Assembly: GCA_963791435.1 (NCBI GenBank) | Contig: CAWBSL010000001.1 | Location: 1,553,817 to 1,617,816, forward strand | Length of the DNA stretch: 64,000 nucleotides | DNA from: Candidatus Dormiibacterota bacterium | GTDB lineage: Bacteria > Chloroflexota > Dormibacteria > Aeolococcales > Aeolococcaceae | Direction of reading: 5' to 3' | In this document: positions 1 to 14,143 of the stretch, in pieces | How the letters are laid out: each line of letters opens with the position of its first letter | Position numbering within the stretch: position 1 is the first letter of the stretch | Program-made: the position numbers and the translations under genes | Notes under the pieces: model-generated | Seen by the model: only the letters and a program-made list of their open reading frames with translations | Database searches by the model: none | Told to the model about the DNA's origin: nothing

Positions 1-387
1 CTGGCAGGTGGGTACTACTTCGAGCCCACGGTGTTGCAGGGCAACAACAAGATGCGCGTCTTCCAGGAGGAGATCTTCGGACCGGTGCTTGCAGTCACGA
101 CCTTCAAGGACGAGGCTGAAGCCATCGAGATCGCCAACGACACCCTCTATGGCCTGGGGGCCGGAGTGTGGACGCGCGACGGCAGCCGTGCATACCGGAT
201 GGGCCGGGCGATCAAGGCAGGCCGGGTCTGGACCAACTGCTACCACCTGTATCCTGCCGGCGCTGCGTTTGGTGGCTACAAGATCTCGGGTGTGGGACGC
301 GAGAACCACCAGATGATGCTGGAGCACTACTCGCAGACCAAGAACCTCCTCGTGAGCTACAGCGCCAAGGCGCTGGGCTTCTTCTAG
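1..387 (+). CDS. aldehyde dehydrogenase, C-terminal fragment (5' end outside window)
   Basis: Frame 1 from base 1 translates [29 protein letters not shown]...[12 protein letters not shown]..., the conserved ALDH C-terminus. Stop TAG at 385-387. Confidence 0.85.
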   Translation: MAGGYYFEPTVLQGNNKMRVFQEEIFGPVLAVTTFKDEAEAIEIANDTLYGLGAGVWTRDGSRAYRMGRAIKAGRVWTNCYHLYPAGAAFGGYKISGVGRENHQMMLEHYSQTKNLLVSYSAKALGFF

Positions 388-401
388 AGGCTCGAGGCAA
401 G

Positions 402-740
402 GTGAGCGACCACACCGCCACGGCAGTGTCCCCCGCGCGTGTGGTCGCCACCTCGGCCGCCCTCGAGGCGATCAGCGACCTGGTTGCGGAACGGGGACGG
501 CTGATGTTCTTCCAGTCGGGAGGTTGCTGCGATGGCAGCCTCCCGATCTGCTTCGATCTCGGCGAATTCGTGGTGAGCGATCACGACATCCTGCTCGGCA
601 ACGTGGGTGGCTGTCCCTTCTACATGGACCACCGCCAATTCGCCGTCTGGCAGCACACGCAACTGATCCTCGACGTCAGCGACGGATTGCCCGAGGGGTT
701 CTCCCTGTCCGCGGGCCGGAATCGGCACTTCGTGACTTAA
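402..740 (+). CDS. DUF779 family protein (classically encoded just downstream of an ALDH)
   Basis: GTG start 15 nt after the ALDH stop. MFFQSGGCCDGSLPICFDLGEFVVSDHDILLG...FYMD..QF.VWQHTQLILDV matches the DUF779 Cys-rich core. Confidence 0.8.
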   Translation: MSDHTATAVSPARVVATSAALEAISDLVAERGRLMFFQSGGCCDGSLPICFDLGEFVVSDHDILLGNVGGCPFYMDHRQFAVWQHTQLILDVSDGLPEGFSLSAGRNRHFVT

Positions 741-869
741 TCGCGCGTCTATGCTCCTGGCGAGACACCGGTCGGCGCGGTTTCGGGCGAGCGGCCTGGT
801 CGGTGACGGTGCGACGGACGTTGCGCATCAGTGACGTTCGGCGCGGGATCGTCGACGTTGCTACATCCC

Positions 870-1241
870 TCAGTCGGGGATCACGTGGACGGCGGCGTCC
901 TCCGCGGATTCGTCGTCATCGTCCGGTGTGTCCGAGAGGTCGCGCTCACCACGCACGAGCGCAATGTCATCGTCACCCGACTCCGGACCCTGGAGTTCGC
1001 CCGCCTCATCCTGTTCGGCAAGCGAGGTCCGATCAGGCTCCTCTTCGCTGAGGCGCTCATCGAGCGTATCGCGACGGTATTCGTCGACATCGTGCAAGCG
1101 TCCCGCCAGCGACGCGTCACGGCGTGCCGGGTCGTCCTCGTCGCCGCTCACCTCCGCTGGGTCGGGCTCGCCGCTCCCGAGCGGCGCGTCGGAATCGGCG
1201 GGTGCGTCATTCCAGGGCAGGTCTTCGGGATGATCGCTCAT
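870..1241 (-). CDS. highly acidic hypothetical protein (Asp/Glu-rich, low complexity)
   Basis: 123-aa ORF with about 35% D/E that fills the gap between flanking plus-strand genes. No recognisable catalytic motif. Weak RBS. Confidence 0.4.
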   Translation of the reverse strand: MSDHPEDLPWNDAPADSDAPLGSGEPDPAEVSGDEDDPARRDASLAGRLHDVDEYRRDTLDERLSEEEPDRTSLAEQDEAGELQGPESGDDDIALVRGERDLSDTPDDDDESAEDAAVHVIPD

Positions 1242-1312
1242 ATCTTCATGATGGACGAAGGCTCCGGGTCAGTGAGGCCTCGCAGCCCGCATCACGCCCA
1301 AGGAGGTACTCG

Positions 1313-1819
1313 ATGACAAGCGCTGAGTTGCTCGCGGACGCGTTCGGGCGGATTCGCGACGTCGTCCATCGCGTCACGGACGGCCTGAGCCCAGAGGAAC
1401 TCTCTACGCGGCTCGATCGCGACGCGAACTCGATCGGATGGCTGATCTGGCATCTCACTCGCATCCAGGACGACCATGTGGCCGGCGTGGCAGGGGCCGA
1501 ACAGGTCTGGACGTCGGGCGGCTGGGTGGATCGATTTGGACTTCCGTTCGACCGTCTCGACCACGGGTATGGGCACACCTCGGATCAGGTCGCGTCCGCG
1601 ACCGTCGATGCCGAGGAGCTCCGTGAGTACTACGACGCCGTCCATGTCGCGACCCTGGCGTACATCGCGGAACTCACGGATGCGGACTTCGATCGGGTCG
1701 TCGACGAGCGCTGGGATCCGCCGGTCACCCTGGGCGTGCGCCTGGTGAGCGTCATCAACGACGATGTGACGCATGCGGGACAGGCAGCGTTCATTCGAGG
1801 GATCCTCGAGCGCCGCTAG
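1313..1819 (+). CDS. DinB-like / DUF664 (mycothiol-dependent maleylpyruvate isomerase N-terminal-like metal-binding) protein
   Basis: AGGAGG RBS 6 nt upstream of the ATG. The IGWLIWHLTRIQDDHV...HAGQAAFIRG pattern with His is typical of the DinB_2 four-helix bundle. Confidence 0.7.
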   Translation: MTSAELLADAFGRIRDVVHRVTDGLSPEELSTRLDRDANSIGWLIWHLTRIQDDHVAGVAGAEQVWTSGGWVDRFGLPFDRLDHGYGHTSDQVASATVDAEELREYYDAVHVATLAYIAELTDADFDRVVDERWDPPVTLGVRLVSVINDDVTHAGQAAFIRGILERR

Positions 1820-1828
1820 GCCAGGTGG

Positions 1829-3760
1829 CTACGCGCCGTCGCCGCCCGGACGATTGGCGTCGTCCTGTTTCGAGTAGAGGCGTTCGATGTCGACCGCGAA
1901 ATGCTCGGCCACGACTTTGCGCCGCACTTTAAAGGTCGGTGTCAGCTCGACACCAACCACAAACTCTCGAGGCAGCAGCAGCCAGCGCCGGATCTTCTCG
2001 ACGTTCGCGAGGTTCGTGTTGACCGCGTCCACACGCCGTCCCACCGCTTCGAGGACTTTCGGATGCCGGAGTAGCTCGTCGGCCTTCTCGATCAGGCCGT
2101 GCCGGTCGGCGAAGGACTCGAGACCCGACATATCGAGCGTGAGGAGGGCGACGAGGTACGGGCGCCCGTCGCCGATCACCACCGGATTCGCGATCAGCTC
2201 GCTGCGCAACTCGTCCTCGATGTTGGAGGGCGAGACATTCTTCCCGCCCGCGGTGATGATCAGATCCTTCTTTCGATCCGTGATCCGCAGATACCCATCC
2301 GCGTCGAGCTCGCCGATGTCCCCGGTGTGCAGCCAGCCGTCGACCACCGCTTCGGCAGTCGCCTGCGGATCCTTGTAATAGCCGGCGAACAACACATCGC
2401 CGCGCATGCAGATCTCGCCGTCATCGGCGATGCGCACTTCGACCCCGGGGATGACCTGTCCGACTGAGCCGAGGCGAGCGTGCCCGCGTCGATTGACGCT
2501 GGTCACGGTCATGTTCTCGCTCATCCCGTAGCCCTCGAGGATCTCCAGACCGAGGGCGTGAAAAAACCGCAGAACGTGGGGCGAGATCGGCGCTGCCCCG
2601 GTGATGAGCGTGTGCGCCTGATCAAGTCCTGTCTCCTCGCGAATGTGTCGAAGCACGAGGCGATCAGCGAACCGGTGACGCATCATCTGCACCCGCGACG
2701 ACGGCACCCCACGCTGGCCGCGATCGACAGCCTGCTCGCCGACGGCGATCGCCCAGCGTGCGATCCGGCGCCGTGGCCCCGGCAGGGCATCGATGGTGGA
2801 GTCGATGGTGGCGGCCATCTTCTCCCACACTCGAGGGACTCCGACAAAGCAGGTTGGCCGCAGGTCCCGGATCTCAGCGGGCATCTCGGCGATCGATGCC
2901 GCGAACCAGAGCGGGTTGCCCGCGCAATACAGGCGTATCTCGCTGTTGAGGCGTTCGAGGATGTGGGCCAGGGGCAGGTAGCTCAGGACCCGGTCATCCG
3001 CCGAGAGGTCAACGATGGGTCCCAGGGCATTGATCGCCGCGATCAGGTTCCTGTGTGTCGCCATGACCGCCTTGGGTGGCCCCGTCGTTCCACTCGTATA
3101 CACGAGGGTCGCGACGTCGTCCGCTGCCACAGCACTACTGCGTGTGTCCAGATCGCCGGCGATTGTCGCCAGAGAAGCAGTGCCGCGCTGCATCGCCTGC
3201 GCCCAGGAGATGACGAGGGTCTCGTCTCCGGCAGGGGCGTCGCCTTCCATGAGGACGACGCAGCGCAGCCCAGGAAGGCGATCGCGTATCTCGAGCACTC
3301 GAGTGAGCAGTGCCTGGTTCTCGACCACCGCGATGGGCGCGTCAGAGTGCGCGAGGACGTAGGCCGCCTCCTCGGCGCTCAGTGTCTGGTAGAGCGGCGC
3401 CGTGGAGGCCCCGGCGAGCAGGGTTCCGGTGCTCGTGATGACGAACTCCGGGCGATTGAAGGACCAGATCGCGACGTGCTGGCCCGGCTGCAGTCCGAGG
3501 CTCATGAAGAATGCTGCCAGGCGGCGAGCCTGCGCAGCGTACTCGTCCCAACCGATGGACTCCCACCGATCGCCCTCCCGGTGGAACATCGCCGGCTTGT
3601 CTCCACGTGACGCGGCCTGGCGTAGGAAGAGTTCGACCAGGGTGGGCTCCGCAACGGGTCCGATCCGCCTCCCCGCGCGGGGCGACTGCGACCGTGTGTC
3701 GATTCCAGAAAGAGGAGGTCGCGTTGCCGTGGCCACTGATGCTCGCCTCACTGCCCGCAA
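1829..3760 (-). CDS. long-chain fatty-acid--CoA ligase (AMP-dependent synthetase)
   Basis: AMP-binding motif LVYTSGTTGPPKAVMATHRNL. TGD and C-terminal lysine region present. Exact start uncertain, so the longest ORF is used. Confidence 0.85.
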   Translation of the reverse strand: MRAVRRASVATATRPPLSGIDTRSQSPRAGRRIGPVAEPTLVELFLRQAASRGDKPAMFHREGDRWESIGWDEYAAQARRLAAFFMSLGLQPGQHVAIWSFNRPEFVITSTGTLLAGASTAPLYQTLSAEEAAYVLAHSDAPIAVVENQALLTRVLEIRDRLPGLRCVVLMEGDAPAGDETLVISWAQAMQRGTASLATIAGDLDTRSSAVAADDVATLVYTSGTTGPPKAVMATHRNLIAAINALGPIVDLSADDRVLSYLPLAHILERLNSEIRLYCAGNPLWFAASIAEMPAEIRDLRPTCFVGVPRVWEKMAATIDSTIDALPGPRRRIARWAIAVGEQAVDRGQRGVPSSRVQMMRHRFADRLVLRHIREETGLDQAHTLITGAAPISPHVLRFFHALGLEILEGYGMSENMTVTSVNRRGHARLGSVGQVIPGVEVRIADDGEICMRGDVLFAGYYKDPQATAEAVVDGWLHTGDIGELDADGYLRITDRKKDLIITAGGKNVSPSNIEDELRSELIANPVVIGDGRPYLVALLTLDMSGLESFADRHGLIEKADELLRHPKVLEAVGRRVDAVNTNLANVEKIRRWLLLPREFVVGVELTPTFKVRRKVVAEHFAVDIERLYSKQDDANRPGGDGA

Positions 3761-3905
3761 CCCTTTCCCGGGGCCGATGGGTCACCAACGAGTATGACCG
3801 GCTGCTCACGGCAGCAGGTCATCGATCAACCAGTTCGGCCGGGTGCAGTGGGGCTGCTGCGCTCGATGGCAGTTGATGAGAACTCCGAATCGGCCGCTTT
3901 CCTCT

Positions 3906-4991
3906 TCAAGCGACTGCCGCAGCGTTCGGCACCGCGTCGAGGCACTCGTCGATGATCGCGTGGACGAGCCGGTCGACGCGTTGCTCACCAAGCCGTGGTG
4001 CGCGCCGCGACAATCGTTCCACGATTTCGTGCTCGCGCACGGCGTCACGCTCGGGCAGCAACGCGGCCAGCTTGCGCTGCTGCACCGCTTCCACCGTCGC
4101 AGCACGGTACTCGAGCAGCCGGAACACCGCGTCGTCGATGGTATCGATCACGTCGCGACACTCCTCGACCGAATCCGCGACCGCAGGTCGAGTCATCGCG
4201 CACAGTGCCCGGGCGGTCTGCACGATCCGGCCGAGCACCTCTGGCGTGATGGCCTGCGCGGCGTCGCACAGCGATGCCGCAGGATCCGGATGACACTCGA
4301 TGAGCAGCGCGTCCGCGCCGGCGGCCAGGGCGGCCACGGCAAGCGACGGAACCCACGCGGCGTTGCCTGCGGCGTGGCTCGGATCCACCGCGATGGGGAG
4401 ATCGGTCATGTCGCGAAGCACCGCGATCGCGCTCACGTCCAGTGTGTTCCGCGTGGCAGTCTCGAACGTGCGGATACCGCGCTCGCACAGCACGACCTGG
4501 CGATCGCCCTCGGTGGTGACGTAGTCCGCGGCGGCAAGCCACTCCTCGTACGTGGCCGACATCCCGCGCTTGAGGATCACCGGCATGCCGCTCTGTCCTG
4601 CCGCTCGCAACAGCGGCGTGTTGTGCATCGACCGTGCACCGATCATCAGGGCGTCGACATGGTGGCGCAGCAGCTCGATGTCGTCGGCGTCGAGCGGCTC
4701 TGCGATGACCGGCAGGTCTGTGATGCGCCGTGCCTCGTCGAGCAGTGGCAGCCCGGAGATACCAAGGCCCTGGAACGAGCCGGGCCGGGTGCGAGGTTTC
4801 AGGACGCAACCGCGCAGCGCCGATGCACCAGCTCGTTGCGCCGCAACCGCGTGAGCGACGTAGCCATCCTCGACAGCGCACGGGCCGGCGATGACGGGCA
4901 CCGTGTCACCGCCGATCGCAACGGCGCCGATGCGCACCTGATGTGTGTCGTGTCGTCGGGTCGCGCTGATCAGCAGCGGCTCGATGGGCAC
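3906..4991 (-). CDS. 3-deoxy-7-phosphoheptulonate (DAHP) synthase, type I-beta, with C-terminal chorismate mutase (AroQ) domain
   Basis: GGAGG RBS then GTG at 4991 gives VPIEPLL...VIAGPCAVE...KRG...DPSHA (KDO8P/DAHP synthase fold). The last ~100 aa (CRDVIDTIDDAVFRLLEYRA...RE.EIVERL) resemble AroQ chorismate mutase. Confidence 0.8.
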   Translation of the reverse strand: MPIEPLLISATRRHDTHQVRIGAVAIGGDTVPVIAGPCAVEDGYVAHAVAAQRAGASALRGCVLKPRTRPGSFQGLGISGLPLLDEARRITDLPVIAEPLDADDIELLRHHVDALMIGARSMHNTPLLRAAGQSGMPVILKRGMSATYEEWLAAADYVTTEGDRQVVLCERGIRTFETATRNTLDVSAIAVLRDMTDLPIAVDPSHAAGNAAWVPSLAVAALAAGADALLIECHPDPAASLCDAAQAITPEVLGRIVQTARALCAMTRPAVADSVEECRDVIDTIDDAVFRLLEYRAATVEAVQQRKLAALLPERDAVREHEIVERLSRRAPRLGEQRVDRLVHAIIDECLDAVPNAAAVA

Positions 4992-5211
4992 TGTATGGCA
5001 CCTCCGTGTGGTGATGGGCCACCACACGGGATCCGGGGCTGACCCATCTCTGATGAACCAGCCCTGGTGAAAACTGCGCGGTCGGGTTAGAAGACCCCCG
5101 GCAGCCTTACGGCTGGCGGGCCAAAGTATCGACGCGCAGTTGTCGCCATTTCCTCAAACCCTAGCACAGCACCGGGGTCGCGGACCCGTAACTTGATCTG
5201 ACCGCTCGAGC

Positions 5212-9734
<4,523 letters not shown>

Positions 9735-9735
<1 letters not shown>

Positions 9736-11168
9736 TGGGGGCGCGGACCGGCTTCCTCGAGCACACCCGCCACACCGCCCACAAACGACCGGTGTCGGAA
9801 CGGGTCGCCGACTACCGTGAGGTGTACCTCCCGCTTCCGGTGCAGGTGCTGCGCGAGCAGGGGTCACGGTGCATGGACTGCGGCGTCGCGTTCTGTCACA
9901 GCGGCTGCCCGCTCGGCAACCTCATCCCGGAGTGGAACGATCTCGTGTATCGCGACGACTGGAAGGCAGCCGTCGAACGCCTCCACGCCACCAACAACTT
10001 CCCGGAGTTCACCGGGCGTCTCTGTCCGGCGCCATGCGAGCCCGCCTGCGTGCTCGCCATCAACGATGACCCGGTCGCGATCAAGCAGATCGAGCAGTCG
10101 ATCATCGACCGCGCGTTCGATGAAGGATGGATCCGTGCCGAGCCGCCGTCGCATCGGACCGGACGTCGTGTTGCGGTCGTTGGTTCCGGGCCTGCCGGAC
10201 TCGCGGCCGCGCAGCAGCTCAATCGCGCCGGACACCGAGTCACCGTGTTTGAGCGCTCGGACCGGATCGGTGGGCTCCTTCGCTACGGCATCCCCGATTT
10301 CAAGATGGAGAAGTGGGTGCTCGACCGCCGCGTCGACCTGCTCGAGGCAGAGGGGATCACGTTCGAGACCGGCTACGACATCGGTGTCGACGTCACCGCG
10401 GCGCAATTGCGGGAGCGTTTCGATGCAGTCGTGCTCGCCGTCGGCGCCGATCGGCCTCGCGATGTCGCGGTGCCGGGTCGTGGACTGACGGGCGTGCACT
10501 TCGCGATGGACTACCTGGTGCAGCAGAACCGCAGGGTTGCGGGCGATCGCGTCCATGCGGTTCCCGAGATCAGCGCGCGCGGTCGTAACGTCGTGATCAT
10601 CGGCGGCGGCGATACGGGCGCCGACTGTCTCGGCAACGTCATCCGTGAGCAGTGCACTGACGTGCAGCAGCTGTACATCTACGCGCAACCGCCGGACACA
10701 CGGCCCGGGGACAACCCGTGGCCGCAGTGGCCGTTGATCCTCAGGACCTATCCCGCCCACGACGAGGGCGGCTCGCGCGAGTTCGGTCTGATGGTCACGA
10801 GCTTCGATGGCGAGAACGGCGCCGTGCAACGGGTTCGCGCTGCTCGTGTTGAGGCGCGGCGGGAGGACGGGCGGCGCAGCTTCGTCGCGCTTCCCGGTGA
10901 AGACGTGGCCCTGGAAGCCGACCTCGTGCTCATCGCGATCGGCTACGACGGCGCCACCCGCTCCGGCCTGCTCGACGACCTGTCGGTGACGTTTGACAAC
11001 GCGGGCAACCTCGCCGTCGACGATGCCTTTGCGTGCACGCAGTCCGGTGTGTTCGCAGCCGGCGACGCGGTGCGCGGCGCGTCACTGATCGTGTGGGCAA
11101 TCGCCGACGGACGCGCGGCGGCCCGCAGCTGCGACACGTACCTCACCGGCAGCGTGCGACTGCATTAG
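9735..11168 (+). CDS. gltD: glutamate synthase small subunit (NADPH-dependent)
   Basis: ATG overlaps the gltB TGA (TGATG). CxxxCxxxC Fe-S cluster, VAVVGSGPAGLAAA and IIGGGDTGADC FAD/NAD Rossmann motifs. Confidence 0.93.
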
Positions 11169-11175
11169 GCGATCG

Positions 11176-13362
11176 TCAGCCCGCAGTTGGCGCCGGTGTG
11201 GGAGTGGGCGCCGGGCTCGGGCTGCTGGGTGCCGTTGGCGGTGCGGTGGGGGATGGAGTCGGTGAAGGCTGCGTCGAGGGGCTCGGCGACGCCGACGGGC
11301 TCGGCTGCGCACTGGGGGTTGCGCTCGGCGACGCCGATGGCGACGGGGTCACATCGGGCAGCGGCCCGAGCTTGAGGTCCGGGACGATCTTGCCAATGCT
11401 GGGCAGGTCGGTCTGCGGCCCGCCAAACGGTGCATTGGTGCTCGGTGCGGCGATCACGAGCGCCCCTACGACTGCAGCAGCAGCGAGTCCGGTGAGCGCG
11501 AGCGGTAGGGCGACGGGCCGGCTGCGTTCCGGCCTGTCGCCGGTGTTCTGCGGCGACCGGGCATACGCACGGCGCTCCGGCGTGAGGATGATGCCCTCGG
11601 CGGCGAGACTCGCCCATGGCGCGTTGGAATACACGAACGCCTCGAAGACGAGCAGCAGCGCGAGCACGATCGTCGCTGCGCTCGGCGAGCGTACCAACAT
11701 CGCGGCTGCGCCCGCGACGCCCGCGATGGTGAGCAGCGTCTCCGCGCGCGACGAGCGCATCGCGCTCAGCAGCGAGCGTCCGTCCTTGCTCTTCGCGGTG
11801 CGAAGGAATTCCGCGTGCTTCTGCAGAAGACCACGGACGCACGCGAGCGTGACCACCCAGGACAGGGCGAACCAGACTCGCAATGCGTTGATCGCATCCC
11901 GCGTGCTTGCATGGCAGGCGCGGCGGAGCGCCCAGATCGCCCGCAGCATCCCCGTTGCTGCGAATGCCAGCGGCACCACGAGCACCGCTCCCGTGAGCTG
12001 ACGCACCGGGAGCCGCTCGTGGAGGGACGCCGCGAGTGCCGTCGCGAGCAGCAACACGGTGAATGTGGCGGTGAGCACTTCAGCGAACCACTGCACGCTG
12101 CCCAGGAGGTAGTGGATGCGCTGCGCGAGGGTGAGTCGCATCCGGTGCCGAGCGAAAGGAAGCATATCGCGCCAGTGGAACTTGAGGATCTGAATACCGC
12201 CGAGGGCCCAACGGAACCGCTGCTTCTTGAGGCCGTCGAAGTCAAGCGGCATCAACCCCTGCCCATACGCGGCCGGGTCATACACGCCGCGATACCCGGC
12301 GCCGAGCATGCGCAACGACGCCTCGGCATCCTCGGTGATGCACTCCTGGTTCCAACCGCCGATCTCGCTGAATGCCGAGCGGCGGATGAGCCCCATGGTG
12401 CCGCAGAAGATGATCGCGTTGCGATGGCTGCGCGCGATCATTGTGATGTCGAAGAAGTATCTGAAGCTGTAGAAGAGGCCGCGCAGATACGTGTTGTCGC
12501 GCCAGTCGCGATAGTGCTGCGACGTCTGCATGAACGCGACGGTCGGGTCGTCGAAGTACCCGATCGTGTTGCGCAGCCACTGGGGATGCACCTGGTAATC
12601 GGCATCGACGATGCCGAGGATCTCGACTTCGGCAGGGAGCCGCGGCGTCGCTTCGTTGAGCGCACCAGCCTTGTATCCCGGCCAGTTCTCGAGGTGAACG
12701 AACGTGAAGCGTGGCCCGAGTTGCGCGCAGAGTTCCTCGATGGGTTTCCAGAGCGCCGGGTCGGTGGTGTTGTTGTCGACGACCTGGACGATCAGATGGG
12801 GGTAGTCGATCTGCGCGAGTGATTCGAGGGTGGGTCGGACCACCTCGACGGGCTCGTTGTACGTCGGCACCTGCAGGGCGACCCACGGCTCGCGCGTGAG
12901 CGGCGGAGGCACCCGGCGGCGTTCGCGTCGGGAGAGGACGTCGCAGATCTCGAAGGTGAAGGACACCGACAGCGCAAGGGCAAGGATCTCGAAGACGAGC
13001 AGAACGATCGATGCGAGCAGCGCGCCGATCGGGAGTCCGTCGAAGAACGTCTGCACCGCGGCATACGTGAGGTAGCAGGTCGCGGCGGCCGTGACGGCCA
13101 GGAACAGCTGCGCACCGACCCAACTCCACCGCGGTTGGATGACGCGCATGACGACGATCAGGAGGATCGCCGCGATCCCAAGCGAGGTCATCCCCGGCTC
13201 GTCGTGCTCGATCTCGAGGAACGCGGCGCCCGCCCCGGCCAGGGCGATCGCGCAGAACGGAAGACCGAGCCACGCCCGCGCGGTCATGGCCGCCGGCAGC
13301 ATCGCGACGATCAGCGTTGCGGCGAGGAGGAGGGCGAAAAAGATGACGCTCTCGAGGATCAT
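11176..13362 (-). CDS. membrane-embedded family-2 glycosyltransferase of the processive beta-glycan synthase type (cellulose/chitin/NodC-like), with C-terminal Pro/Ser/Thr-rich tail
   Basis: 728 aa. N-terminal TM helices, GT2 core with VVDNNT, DAD(Y) and QRFRWALGG (Q-x-x-R-W), then more TM helices and a ~70-aa SPSASPSAT... low-complexity tail. No PilZ domain. Confidence 0.8.
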   Translation of the reverse strand: MILESVIFFALLLAATLIVAMLPAAMTARAWLGLPFCAIALAGAGAAFLEIEHDEPGMTSLGIAAILLIVVMRVIQPRWSWVGAQLFLAVTAAATCYLTYAAVQTFFDGLPIGALLASIVLLVFEILALALSVSFTFEICDVLSRRERRRVPPPLTREPWVALQVPTYNEPVEVVRPTLESLAQIDYPHLIVQVVDNNTTDPALWKPIEELCAQLGPRFTFVHLENWPGYKAGALNEATPRLPAEVEILGIVDADYQVHPQWLRNTIGYFDDPTVAFMQTSQHYRDWRDNTYLRGLFYSFRYFFDITMIARSHRNAIIFCGTMGLIRRSAFSEIGGWNQECITEDAEASLRMLGAGYRGVYDPAAYGQGLMPLDFDGLKKQRFRWALGGIQILKFHWRDMLPFARHRMRLTLAQRIHYLLGSVQWFAEVLTATFTVLLLATALAASLHERLPVRQLTGAVLVVPLAFAATGMLRAIWALRRACHASTRDAINALRVWFALSWVVTLACVRGLLQKHAEFLRTAKSKDGRSLLSAMRSSRAETLLTIAGVAGAAAMLVRSPSAATIVLALLLVFEAFVYSNAPWASLAAEGIILTPERRAYARSPQNTGDRPERSRPVALPLALTGLAAAAVVGALVIAAPSTNAPFGGPQTDLPSIGKIVPDLKLGPLPDVTPSPSASPSATPSAQPSPSASPSPSTQPSPTPSPTAPPTAPSSPSPAPTPTPAPTAG
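11187..11400. repeat. degenerate short tandem repeats (gctcggcgacgccgayggc-like) encoding the Pro/Ser/Thr-rich tail of the GT2 protein
   Basis: Repetitive GC-rich DNA visible in the sequence. It encodes SPSASPSATPSAQPSPS... Confidence 0.5.
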
Positions 13363-13651
13363 GCGTCCTTGTTCCCGTGGGCTCGCGCGGGAAGGGCACG
13401 AGCATCTAATCTACTAGTAGAACTAGCAGGTTTTATCCGCGTTACGGTATCAGACGTGTGCTCCTGCAGAAGAAGCCAGGGCCTCGGACGCAGTTCAGCG
13501 TGAGTTCACGGCCCTCGCCCGCGTCGCCGAACCGGCCGAGGATCGACCTTCCCTTTCTGGTACCTATATGATAGTCTCGCTGTAAGATTCAGATACAGCC
13601 TCTATGGCAAGCTATCTGACGCAAGCCAGCGAGAAACAAGGAGGTAGATCA
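13363..13651. promoter_or_regulatory. AT-rich divergent intergenic/promoter island with perfect 10-bp palindrome ctactagtag (13411-13420)
   Basis: Local GC drops well below the ~70% window average. A TATATGATAGT-like stretch and the palindrome lie between the divergent GT2 gene and the small membrane protein gene. Confidence 0.4.
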
Positions 13652-13894
13652 ATGGGCATCGGAGTAGGCATCTTCCTGATCGCCATCGGAGCCGTGCTGA
13701 CCTTTGCGGTCCACGTCGCCACGACCGGGATCGATCTGCATACGGTCGGGATCATCCTGATGGCCGCCGGTGGATTCGGCGTGGTGCTGTCGCTCATCTT
13801 CTGGTCGTCCTGGGGAGGCCCGAACGCCTGGAGGCGCGACGGGACACCTGTGGTCAACTCCCGCGGGACGCCAATCGACAACCGACCGATCTGA
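13652..13894 (+). CDS. small membrane protein (DUF6458-like, 2 TM)
   Basis: AGGAGG RBS 7 nt upstream of the ATG. MGIGVGIFLIAIGAVLTFAV... with two hydrophobic helices. Confidence 0.55.
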   Translation: MGIGVGIFLIAIGAVLTFAVHVATTGIDLHTVGIILMAAGGFGVVLSLIFWSSWGGPNAWRRDGTPVVNSRGTPIDNRPI

Positions 13895-13955
13895 CGGTGG
13901 CCGTCGCCACCACCACTGAAAGCACTGTCAAATTCGCAACACAAGGAGTCGAGGC

Positions 13956-14111
13956 GTGATCATTCTGGGCATCATCCTGCTGATCATCGGATTGGTGGCA
14001 GCGCTACCGATCCTGGTCACCATCGGCGTCGTGCTGATCGTCATCGGGCTCGTCCTCGAGCTCATGGGAAGTGCTGGGCACGCACTGGGTGGCCGGCGCC
14101 ACTACTACTGA
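13956..14111 (+). CDS. very small hydrophobic protein (51 aa, 2 predicted TM)
   Basis: AAGGAG RBS, GTG start. VIILGIILLIIGLVAALPILVTIGVVLIVIGLVLELMGSAG.... Not in the ORF track because it is shorter than 60 aa. Confidence 0.4.
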   Translation: MIILGIILLIIGLVAALPILVTIGVVLIVIGLVLELMGSAGHALGGRRHYY

Positions 14112-14112
14112 C

Positions 14113-14127
14113 GGGGAGGTCCTCCCC
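14113..14127 (+). terminator. GC hairpin ggggaggtcctcccc immediately after the small ORF stop
   Basis: Perfect inverted repeat seen in the sequence. No clear U-tract. Confidence 0.3.
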
Positions 14128-14143
14128 GAACCAAGGCTTGTTC

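Noticed and set aside
3843-5042. 399-aa plus-strand ORF antisense to the DAHP synthase gene, and similar long antisense ORFs such as 11033-12001 and 11815-12822 over the GT2 gene, 16500-17765 inside the MFS gene, and 18198-19880 over ackA/xfp
   Set aside because: These are typical spurious long ORFs in ~70% GC DNA. They are Arg/Ala/Pro-rich and have no family resemblance. The opposite strand carries well-supported conserved genes.
5040-5211. Possible riboswitch or leader upstream of gltB
   Set aside because: The 170-nt divergent spacer has small hairpins (gcagccttacggctggc) but no recognisable riboswitch consensus. It is treated as an ordinary dual-promoter region.
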